From the human T2T-CHM13v2.0 reference genome, Homo sapiens: DNA of 64,000 nucleotides. Both the position numbers and the translations under genes were made by a program. The notes beneath the pieces are model-generated. The model had not been told where the DNA came from. It worked only from the letters and a program-made list of their open reading frames with translations, and searched no databases. Location of the stretch: the NCBI RefSeq assembly GCF_009914755.1, contig NC_060932.1, one strand, 5' to 3'. This document shows positions 25,938-37,722 of the stretch, piece after piece; the first letter of the stretch is position 1; each line of letters begins with the position of its first letter.

Positions 25938-26949
25938 GTTAATAGTTCTAAAACACAAATCTAAAACCTGTTAGTCACTGGGCCCTGGAATCTATAGTGT
26001 AAGCCCAAATGCCTAGTTAGTAAAGCATACAAATCATTGCTCACTGCTCCAATCTCAATTTCAGCTGTGTCCACCCTAGTACATGGTCTCTCCTAAAACT
26101 TTCATAGAGTGCCAGCAGTAAGCACCCTTCATCCTTGGGCCTCTTCATGTATTATCTCACCTATCTGAACATATTGCCCTTTTGCCAATCACGTTTCTTC
26201 TTCAAAAACTCCAAGTGGATCATGATCATTCCTGCTACATTTGAACAATCTAGCGAAGTTGTTACAAACATTGATTTAGAACTCTCTAAGCTTCAGTTTC
26301 TTTATCTAGAAGTTAGGAAGAGTAGTGAGGCCTAAATGAGATAAGTAAACTCCTTAGCACAATGCCTAAAGTATAGTAAGGGCTAGAAACATTTAAGTTG
26401 CTAGTAACTTGTGCATTGTTTTGTTTATATGGTTCATTGTATGCTTTGGGGGGTGGGGAGAGGACTGTTTGTCTAACCTCTCTGTCTATCCTGTTAGGGT
26501 ATGAGCCCTAGTGGCTGCCACATAGTAAACACTAAATACATTTGGTTGACTGTAGAAATATTGGCTTCTCAGAGGAATCTGCCACTACTAAACAGTCTGC
26601 TCTTCCTTGGCCTACTCAATTATGTGCTCTCCAGATGTAACCTTCATCAATCAAATGCTTTTCAGTTTAATTTAGTAGTCTATCCTCTATCTTCTAAATG
26701 TAGGCACTTCCAAAATCTTCATTTCTAGTTCCGTACTTCCTCCAAAGCTGACGTATTATTTGTCCTTTCTCCCTGCTTTTTGTCTCTCTCACCCAAAACA
26801 ATACTTCAATCACCCAAAAATTAATATCTTTTTAATATTGGCTCTGTGGTGCTGTTTACTTGATCCAAAGTTCGTAACTGACTTCATGCCTTCACTGCTG
26901 TCTACTGACCAAGCCCCATTTGGTTTACACAACATTCAAGCTCTTGTCT

Positions 26950-27590
26950 CTCTCAGTCCCTGCATCCAATCATTAGCCACGTATATTTGACTGTGGCTCA
27001 GGTTTCCATCATCTCTTGTGTGCTGCTTCCATTTTTGCCCTTTGAATTTATTCTCCATTAACAGAGAGAGTTTTGTTTCTAATCACTCAACTTAAAAGTT
27101 TTCCATGGCTCCCTACTGCCTTCCGGATGCAATTCAAACTCTCTGGTATGGCCCTCAAGGCCGGCCATGATCTGACTACTGTTCCACCTTCATCTCTAGT
27201 TTCTCCAACCATATTGGAAAAAAAAAAAATGGCAGACTTTGTGATTCAGTCCACTGTCATTGTGTCTTGACCTTATATTAGTTTGGACTTGTTTCCTCCT
27301 TTCTCCCACCACCCCTTTACCCGGCAAACTCCTTCATAGCCTTCTAGTGTTAGGCTTCTCACAAAAAGCCTTCTCTAACCCAGGAATCAAGAGTTAGGTG
27401 TTGCTCTAGTGTTTTTCATATTTTCTCTTTTCTTGTCTCTCTCTTCCTGAAAAAAAGGACAAACTTCATGAGGTTGGTGGGACAAACATTTTTAAACTTG
27501 TTTGTTTCTTAAGAGTTGTGTCTATTGCTCCTAGCTAAGTGCTTTATATATAGTAGGTATTCAAGTAAATATTTATTGAATGAATAAATT
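26950..27590 (+). mobile_element. L2 fragments
   Basis: 'cttaaaagttttccatggctccctactgcc', ending 'tagtaggtattcaagtaaatatttattgaatgaataaa' (L2 tail). Confidence 0.7.
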
Positions 27591-29040
27591 TCAAGCCATC
27601 CAGGATCTGTCTTGATCAGGCCATATCCCCTGCATGACCTCTGGACTTACTACTCTTCTTATTCCCCAATCATTTCTTGCTCATTCTGGCTTCTCTGACT
27701 TATACTTTTCCTAAATGAAGAATCTTTATCTTTTCCCCATCCTTGCCCAGCAAGACACCTCCATGGACACTAACCATAAGTCAGGATCTGCTGAATTCTT
27801 CTTCACCATGGAGCCCTCTCTGACCAAGACGCTTGTGACTATGACTGCGTCCTTTTATAAACTTCCCATGTAATGTTTATTATGACTCCGTGCCACTTAA
27901 GTCAGGCTTTGCTGTGTGTTTTAACTTTTTTGTGGGGGAGCGGGTGGAGGAAGAACCTCAGGTGAAGAAGGTTGAATTAATAATACTCTGTTTTAACTTT
28001 GTATGAATTTACAATATATGTCTCAAGAAGACTGAAAGATTTTTAAAGGTAATAATCATATACTTGCTTCTAATATTCATAGTCCACAGAACAATATTAG
28101 GCACATAAAAAATAATCAATGTTTTTATATGAATAAAGTAATTTTGATTATGACTCCATTACAGAATTGTACTAGACAATAGGAAAGGAACCACAGTAGT
28201 TGCTACATAAAATAAACAAAGGTAATTAAACTTTTATCAGTTGATAACAAAATTCTGGATTTAGGTTTAAACTAATGGTCAAGATGTGGTTGAGGCCAAA
28301 TGACCTATAAGTCTAGATCCTGAAGTGAAAAATATTCTTCCCACTTAAAGAGGGCATTAAACTCTTTGAAACCACTGAGGTACCAGGGCCAAGATCTTGC
28401 TACATAAGGTTATTAAGTTGTGTACAAGTAACCTTAAATGATTGATATTCCTCAATGTGGTTTATTTAAACCAAACAAATAAATTATTTACCTGAAAGAC
28501 ACAGAATAATCTATTCTTCCTTTCCTCCCTCCTCTCTCTATTCTTCCACAGACATTTATAAATAATTGCACTGGGCAGAGAGGTAAATGCATGTCCATAT
28601 AGGTGTCCAATAGCTTCTTGATGACAGAGTTTCATTTCTGTGCCATGAATAAAAATAGTAAGACTAATTTGAAGAAGTGAGTTTTTTGACAATGAATTAA
28701 GAATGATGAATTAATAATGTTTTCCAGCGATCCATGATTTCTTCCATTTACAACAGTCATTAATAAAGGAACATGTTCTATGTTTAGTTAGCATGATTCT
28801 ATAGGAAATCTAATAGTTCAAAGACAGTCTATAACTGTTCACTCTACATCTTCCAATTGTGTTCAAATAAGATGGCAATTTTTAACTTGAAATTAGGATT
28901 TATGCATACCATTTGAAGTCTGTAAGCAAATACATACAAATATGAAACAATTTATTTATAATATTGAACAAACATGACATATTGTACCTGTTTTGCCTTC
29001 ATTAGGAACCTTGTGTGTCTCTCTGCTCAGACATCGCTTC

Positions 29041-29329
<289 letters not shown>

Positions 29330-30159
29330 CAGACATTGCTTCTTAGCATATGCACCTCACGTGGTGTCTCAAATTAGTGAGAACATTCACCTTAACTCAT
29401 TAGCTGCATTATTGGACAGAGACATACTACTTGCTTGAGACTGTCATGTTGATTATCTAAACAATTATGGTAAACTTGTCATGCTATTTGTTGTAATGAA
29501 GTAATGATATCATTGTACATGAGGCTGAGTTAGTAGAATTACATCTGTTTATTCTGTTTACATGGATAGTTTTGTTTTTGATAGTGAAAGCGAGAGTGAT
29601 TTAATATGAACACATGCTTATTTTACTTTTAAATTGTTATTCTATTTGGGAGCTAGTTTTATTATTATCTCTTCTTACCCACCCATAAAGCTATCAGATT
29701 CAATACCTTATCTGCCTTAAACATATAAAAAAACTTTGTGTTTGAATTAGTTATTGAATGTTCTGAATAGATAAACCTCATGACTTCAGTTTTCACCACA
29801 GTTGTTTCTCTCTCAATTCATAATTCAAACTCACCATAGGTTCAATTTGTGAAATCAATACACTACAACCATAGATTGTGTCAAGTCAAACTGACGCTGG
29901 TATTGAACTTCTGAATTTGAGACCAGGTCTTAAAGACAAGGAACAAAAACACCAAGAAGACAGCAGGTGGGGTTTCCATTGCAGATACAGAAGGCAAACA
30001 CTTTGCAGCTTCCATTAACTTTCAACTTAACCTGCGATAGAGAAAGAAACGTATAAGGGCGTATTTTTAAATTCTGGGTGATAAAACACACACAATACCA
30101 TGCAGGCAGGAAGTTGAAAGACTCATCCAAGAGATTCTTTGTCCATTAAGAAGTAGCAA

Positions 30160-30350
30160 AGCATTGAGATTAATGGCACAGGCTCTGGAATCACTTTGCC
30201 TGGCTTTGAATCCTACCTCTATAAACTAATAATTTTTAATCTTGAACAAGATAGTTAATTGCATTGGTATTTCAGTTGCATTTACACAATGAATATAATA
30301 TAATACTTAACTCACAAAGTTGCTGTGGTCTTTGAACAAATTAATACTTT
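30160..30350 (+). mobile_element. MIR
   Basis: 'cacaggctctggaatcactttgcctggctttgaatcctacctct...cttgaacaag'. Confidence 0.65.
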
Positions 30351-31004
30351 ATCTCATAGAATATGACTCATTATATTTTATAAACCAATAAACAATGCCA
30401 AGTAAACAATAATTTCCTATAGGTTGTCAAACATAGCCCAATTCCAGAGCCATGAATATGTGAAAGAAAATATTCATTTTAGGATTGATAAAATATGGTC
30501 CATATGAACACTTAGATCAGTGTCTGACAGATTTTTACATGCATATTAAATGTTGGCTGTTGTTATTTATGATGTCCAGGTAATAATCATACTAATAATT
30601 ATCAATAAGCTGTATTTATGTTCCCATTTTCCTACTTCTGGAGAAGGGAGAATTGTGTTCTTCTACAAAATGGTGCCATTAGGAAGATAAATATTTAGCT
30701 GGTAATGATAGCTGGTATTTCATTGATATTTAAGGATGACTCTAGGGAACTGCTGATTAGGTAAGATCACACACCTTTCAGTGTTCTACATTTACCCCTC
30801 CTAAAGTCACACACAGCTGGGGGACAGGGTCTTCCCTCATGGGTGGAGGAACTGTCCCTGAGTCAAAGTTAGAATATATGAGGCCTCGTGCTTCTTAATA
30901 GACAATATAAAGACTATTGTAATCTTTAGAACAATAACAGTTTGGAACTTCAAAAATTACAGAAAATAAGATCAACTTACTGATGCAAGCAACTCACTCT
31001 TATT

Positions 31005-31292
31005 CATGAAATAATGGCATTTGCAGCAACCTGGATGGAACTGGAAACCATTATTCTAAGTGAAGTAACTCAGGAATGGAAAACCAAACATCGTATGTTC
31101 TCACTTGTAAGTGGGAGCTAAGCTATGAGGATGCAAAGGCATAAGAAAGATACGATGGACTTTGGGTCTCGAGGGAAAAGGTGGGAAGGTGGCGAGGGAT
31201 AAAAGACTAGACATTGGGTACAGTGTACACTGCTCAGCTGATGGGTGCACCAAAATCTCAGAGTCACCCCTGAAGAACTTATCCATGTAACT
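31005..31292 (+). mobile_element. L1PB1-like 3' fragment
   Basis: 'gcagcaacctggatggaactgga...aagtaactcaggaatggaaaaccaaacatcgtatgttctcac...gagctaagctatgaggatgcaaaggcataag'. Confidence 0.9.
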
Positions 31293-31299
31293 GTGAGCT

Positions 31300-31302
<3 letters not shown>

Positions 31303-31333
<31 letters not shown>
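31303..31333. repeat. (GT)15 microsatellite
   Basis: Perfect dinucleotide run. Confidence 0.97.
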
Positions 31334-31334
<1 letters not shown>

Positions 31335-34300
31335 TCTTTACCCATATATTCATAGACTAAAACTTGGGTGACTTTAGTAAAGAATAAATAAGCATCGGAA
31401 TACGGTAGGTTCCTAAATTCTTCTCTTAAGTAGGAAGCAGTAAATATTGTTTATTGAAGGAATGAAGAATGAAACCATCATAATAAATGAAAAAATTAGG
31501 AATAAAATAAAAAAATGAGACAGTAAGGTCTGGTAGAATGGCTGAAAGAGGGATGTCACCTTTTAGCCAAAGTGCTCGCCTTGTCATCTAACCCAGAACC
31601 AGGGTCACAACACTTTTGGACAAGAAAGCATATTGCCTAACAGATTAACACAGAAATAAAGGGATCTGCTAAGTCACTGAAATGCAAAGCAAAGCGCATA
31701 CACTAAAATGGAGAGATTTGTTTCCCTGACTCCTGGCAGCAAGGTCAGGCATTTCTTTTGCTAATAGCCAGTGAACCAATGAATGACATACCATTAATGG
31801 ATGTCTTAAGTTATGGGAAGGAATCGGGTTACCCAAATGAGTGTTCTTTCAATGCACTGAAAGGAAATGATCGGCAACCTAGAACTAGAAGAGCTTTTAC
31901 ATTAAAGAGTTTCCTTTACATCTTGAAATGTGCACCACTAGGTTAGTTAAAAGGAAATGAAGGATGACTAAACTCCTAAAGGAAAAGGAAGTAGTGTGTT
32001 CTTGGTGACAAGTTGGGGCAAATCTTCATTCATGACTGGTGGCCAGGTTCCCCACTCTGGAAACAAATAGAATTCTAAAATAAAAGTGTTAATTGCTGTT
32101 AAGATAGAGAATGGTGAGTGAAGAGTGATGGAGTTCTAGTGTCAGTTCAGTTATATATGTTCTTATATATGTCAATGAAAACGTACCACAATTTGCCTAA
32201 AGAAAAGGCAAGAATTTGGTTTCTTGGGTTTCTGCATGCTTGGTATTATCATAACACAGCTAGACTAGAAGGGTAAAGCTATACAAACTCCCAGGGGTTG
32301 GAAAGGGATTTCTGACCTTCACATAGGATTTCTCGGTTCACTGGATATGTGATATTATTGTGGGATTTTCTCTTAACCCTTAAGTACCTATCTCTTTTGT
32401 AGGCACAATAAAACTCGTAAGAGCTATAACTGGGTACACAAAGGCCAATTTGTCATACCATTTAATCACAACAGGGTTCTCATTGTGAAGCATCAGGTCA
32501 CAATCCCTTTGTCAATTCCTTTAGCTGAAAAAAAGTGAAAAATACCTTTGAGGTGGCTATTTATTGCACTATAGGCTAATAGTACTTGTCCTTCTTTGAT
32601 AAAGTAACAACTCGCTTCTGGGGTCATTGTTTCATCTTTCTCCATGTCCTGTACTGCTGATTCAAGTATAGTAATACTGACTTCAAAGGGAGCTTACTAG
32701 TGCATGGAGAAAGACAGGAAACATGGCGGGAATATTTAAGAGAGGACTTTACAAGGTCAGTTTTCCTTTTTGCAATGTCCTTATGAGCATCTCAAACCAT
32801 TTTTTTTCCTTTCTATTTTCAGGAACCAATGGATATTTGGCCCATTTCTTATCCACAACCCCCATTAAAGTCATTAAAATGTTTCATTTAAATTCTACAG
32901 ACAATACAATTAATACATGGATTCTTCTGGTCTGTGTATGCAATTCATACTACCTTGCTTAGAAGCACTCTCACCAGTGCCCTGTGGATGAAATCAGAAT
33001 TTTGATTCCAACTTACATCACCTTCCTTGGGCATAAATACATTTGAGAAGACGATGAAAACCAGAAATCAAAATGTTGCTTTTCTTGATACAGCACCAAA
33101 TTCCGTACCCTCTCTGAGGCTTCTTGTAGTCATCCCCTCTCCTCCAAATTTGCTAATGTGATCATGTTGATAAAGAGTGAATAGATTTAAGTCCTTATTT
33201 TCCTTTGAGCTTTAGCATAAAGTGCTCCTAAGAACATATCTTATTTATATAAAATAGGCATGCATGCATACACAATCTCTACCTATACCAAAGCATTTTC
33301 TTTATTATAATGAGATGTATCTTTCTGGATTTTCTGCACAATCAGACTGTAATTAAGCATAGGAGGCTGCAGGTAAGGGCATGAGATGCATGTTTAATTA
33401 AAAGAGAAAATTCTGGTTAAGTATCAATTTGTATGACATTCAATTTACAAGAATTCAGAAAGCTACTCTTTCTTATATATTTCCTTTTATATATGTGTAT
33501 GTATTTACACACATGTATGTTTCACACTGAAATCATATTCTCATTTCATATGCTAGAGTTGCTGCCACATTTACTGCCCCCATCCAAGAAAATGTTGATA
33601 TATATTGAAAATCTCCATGAAAAATAAAATGCCTGCATAAATTCATGTAGGGCAAATAAAAAAAGCAGCCAGGACCCAGCAGGCTGAGTCAATGTATAGC
33701 TTGCATATGGAAACAATGACATGATTGTTTACTCACTGGTTTAATGATATTCACTTTCTCCTAATGGCAACGTGGAAAATGTGAGTACCAGATGCTGCGC
33801 CCAGAGCACAGAAGAGAGAACAGGGAAGGTCTAGAGTAAGGAATTTATCCTGACACCATAATGTAGTGTAACTCTTCAGTTTATTAACGTGGTGTTTTTT
33901 TTAGGAAAAAATGCTTTGATGTCTGCGGCTTAAATTTCCATATTTTTATAACAGTTCAGCAACAAATTTACATATTTCCTGGAATCTGCAGATATAAAAG
34001 CGGTAAAACACTCCAGGCATTATTAGACAGTAGATTATAACCCATTACTATTGTTTCAATTAGCAATGTAAAAGTGACCTGCAGTGTTCCGATGACCCAC
34101 TAATGGATTTAAACGCTTTCAAATATTAATGCAGGTTTTCTAAAGATGAATCCCAAACCCATTATTCCTGGAACAACTATGAGCTGAAAAGCTGGCAATG
34201 ATTGTGCATTATGTGGAAAGGCTCATGGTTAATTAAATGAATACCTAGCATTACACTATTCACTTTAGTGCTACAAAATTATTTCTCATTGATTTTTACA

Positions 34301-35623
34301 TTCTGAGTCTGTGATTCAATTTACTTCTGCAATTTGTGTTGTCGTGTCAATAAAAGAGAACTGCTTGAAGATGGAAGCATTAGAGACTGATAAATACATT
34401 AAGATCCAATGAAAACTGCAGTTTTCCTATTGTTTTCCTCTATTGAAATATCATTTTTAGCAGCACTTTGTTATGTATTATTAATACAATTTTTGTTTGC
34501 TTCCATCTGCTCTCCTCTCCCCTTTTCTATTCAGGAACTGGAATGTTAGTGATTGCTTGAGGGTGAGTAGCTAATTTTTCAGTAACAGTTCTCTCACTAT
34601 CAAGAACAAAAGCACCATCAACACAAATCTGTTATTTCGTGTTAAATGAACTAGAAGGCCAGATTCTTCATCAAAGACAGCGTGGGGAGTTACTGTGTGT
34701 GGGTGTGTTTTAATTTCAAGGAGCAAATGACACTCCTGTCTGTTAAGCCATGAAAGCCAAAAAATATTAAATAGTTCTAACCCCATTATACAATTTATAC
34801 ACTATAAATATAATCTGATATATTTATAACGTGCATATTTTATTCAAAAATTATATTACACATTTTACAATTGAATCCACATGTGCATTTTCTCTTTGCA
34901 ACCTACTTTGACTCAGTTCTATAAAAGTCCAAAATTGTAAGTTGAGATTTGCTGTTAACATTTTTTTTCAAAATTTTGCAAACTTCAGCTTCATAGTTTT
35001 TGGTGTCTAAAGAAATCTTACGTGCTATTTTCATGTGATTTAGACTCATAATGCAGGAGTTGTTTGGTATATATTGTAAATTTAATATTTCCTGAGAAAA
35101 GTTGGTTTACCAGTCAAATACAGCAATCAATATTGTCTACCTAGTTCATTGGAGTTTATGGTGCCCAAACTGTCTCCATGAAGATGCTCATTAGATCTCA
35201 ACTTATCCCATGTTTAAATTTGTCTGTACTCTCTTTAGAGAACATGGGTAATCAAATCTTAACTAAGCTGTTACATTCATCTCTGAAGGAGTCCCCTTCC
35301 ATTGTCTACAATCTTCTCACAAAACCCATCTTCAAGACATTAGTTTTTATATTGATCTGAGTTGCTGATTAGAGTTTGACCATTGATAGGCTATAGAGCC
35401 TACAACATAGAAAAATTTACAATGAAGGTCATTTCACAAATAGTTTTAAGCAAAGAGCATCCTATAGACATGAAATAATCAAAATAATACAAATGACCGA
35501 TAAATGTAAGTTTAACTTCCCTATAAATTAATGAATGCTGATTTAAAGAAATTAGCTGCATTTTGCATATAAAATTGTCAAAGTGGAGAAGAGAGCATAG
35601 TATAATATTTAATATTGGTGACA

Positions 35624-35625
<2 letters not shown>

Positions 35626-35664
<39 letters not shown>
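35626..35664. repeat. (AT)19 microsatellite
   Basis: Perfect dinucleotide run. Confidence 0.97.
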
Positions 35665-35676
<12 letters not shown>

Positions 35677-35739
35677 TCCATACATATATATATCACTGGT
35701 GGGATGTACAGAGATGCAACTTTTCTAAAGGTAGTTTGG

Positions 35740-36420
35740 ACATAAAGTATTTTTAAATTTTGTAAATTTTTTATACCTTCCACTCTAAAATTCTACTTTT
35801 TGGAATTTAAGCTCAAGAAAAAATTATAAATATGTAAAAACATTTAGTTTTATAAGCTGTTCATCTAGACCTTACTTCAAGTGTCATTTATGAGAATAAA
35901 AAATTTGAAAGCATCCTAAATGTTTAAAATGAGGAATATGTTAATAAATTATGGTACTTAGTATAATTAAGTATTATTAAAGGATGTAAAATAATGTACA
36001 ACAATATTTAATGACATGGAAATATACTTAGATTATATTGTTGTTTGAATAAGATACATTTCACACACACACACACACACACATACACACACACACACAC
36101 CTGTTCACTCACAAGTAACCAAACATTGTAGGATGTGTACTATGGAGTCTTATTTGGTATTTAATGTTAGGATAATTTTGAAGGTATCCCAAAGGATTTA
36201 AATTATAGTTTTAAATCATTTTTATATAAAAAGGTAACTCCTCTTTATTCTAGAGCAATTCGAAATGATTTTAAACAAAACAAAGAAAACCTACTTATTT
36301 GAAAATCCATATGAAGATATATAGAAAAAGAAGGTAGACTGGAAGGATATATAAGAAAATGTTAACAGAGATTTATAACTGGTATGTTGTAAGTTATTAT
36401 TTTCTTGTATTTTTAAATAT
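35740..36420 (+). mobile_element. Old L1ME-like 3' fragment
   Basis: 'aattctactttttggaattta', 'aataaattatggtac', 'gactggaaggatatataagaaaatgttaacag'. Confidence 0.55.
36062..36100. repeat. (CA)n microsatellite with one interruption
   Basis: Direct read. Confidence 0.95.
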
Positions 36421-37685
36421 TTATACGAATAATATGGATAATCTATTTTTAGTACTTAAAAATATGATTGAGAAATCTTATTTAGTTATCCTACACAAAA
36501 ACCAAGAGGAAAGAAATCCTTGTAACTCTTATGGATGGAAAGATGGGACAATTAGAAACAGCCATGTACCTGTCAACTAGGAACAACTGGTGTAGCTGTC
36601 AAAAAAAGTGAATTAGAATCCTAACTCTGAGTTACTAGCTGGGGGACCCTAGGCAACTCACTTAACTTCTCTGGGCTTCAGTTTCTTCTAAATATACCTA
36701 TATCTCTTAAAAGGGAAATGGTCAAATGCGAAAAGAAAATTCCTGGCTTTGTTACATCGGAATGTTGAGATGTAATGAGTTCTGAGAGGGCTGCACATGC
36801 TCTTAAATACTGCCCGTTTCTCACCCCTGTTCCAGTTCAATGCTTAACTAACTATCCCAAGTTGTATATGCTTAAAAACCAATATGACTTTTACCTTGTG
36901 ACATTTGCTTCAAAGGATTTTCTGTTATTCAAATGAAATATATCTTTTCAGAAGAGAGCAGAGCAATTAGTAATCAAGCCATGTTCATAACACTTTGTCT
37001 CCAGTAATTAGTAAAACGTCATCATTGGAGTTGTGGCCTTTGCCTGAGCTCCAAGAGAGCCGGGCCCACCCAAGACGTGTTCTACTTGCGGCTGTAACCC
37101 CTACGTCTGCACATAGTAGGTTCATATCACCAAACACATTGATGTGACACATCCAAATGACAGTTCCAAGATTTATGCTCTGCATTTTGATAACAATTTT
37201 TCATCTCTTGGTAGCAAAATTGAAATAAGTCACTAATACATGATTATATAATGCTTTGCTTATTATTTAGCTACTAAATAAAAATTGTATAATATGAGAA
37301 GAACAAGAACAGTTTATGCTTTTAGGAACCTGGGGCTCGCGTTCAGTACCCAAGAACTAGCTCTTTCCTTTGTCAAAGGCCCTAACACATGCTCTCATCC
37401 CCCTCCTCCATCTCATAAGTCAAAGTTGCACAGCTTGGAACTGGGTCCTGGCTTGCACCCCTCAGGCAGTGCCTGAAGTGTGGCTGGCTGGTGAAGATGG
37501 CCAAGAGTAGGCCGTTGGGCACAGAGCACTCTTTATTAGGTCACTGGGGAAGGAGATTTTTTTAAAAAAGATTTCTTTATAATAGAACTGTTCAGTATCC
37601 AGACAGTAATTCAGTAATCACTGTGGCTGAAGGTAGACTCTAAGGATGAACACACTTTCTAGAATCTGGCTTGGGTTCATCAGAT

Positions 37686-37722
37686 TTGCACCGAGAACCA
37701 GATTGGCTGGTTCTCAGTGCAA
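37686..37722. repeat. 16-bp inverted repeat with 5-nt loop
   Basis: ttgcaccgagaaccag-attgg-ctggttctcagtgcaa, 15/16 paired. Confidence 0.9.
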
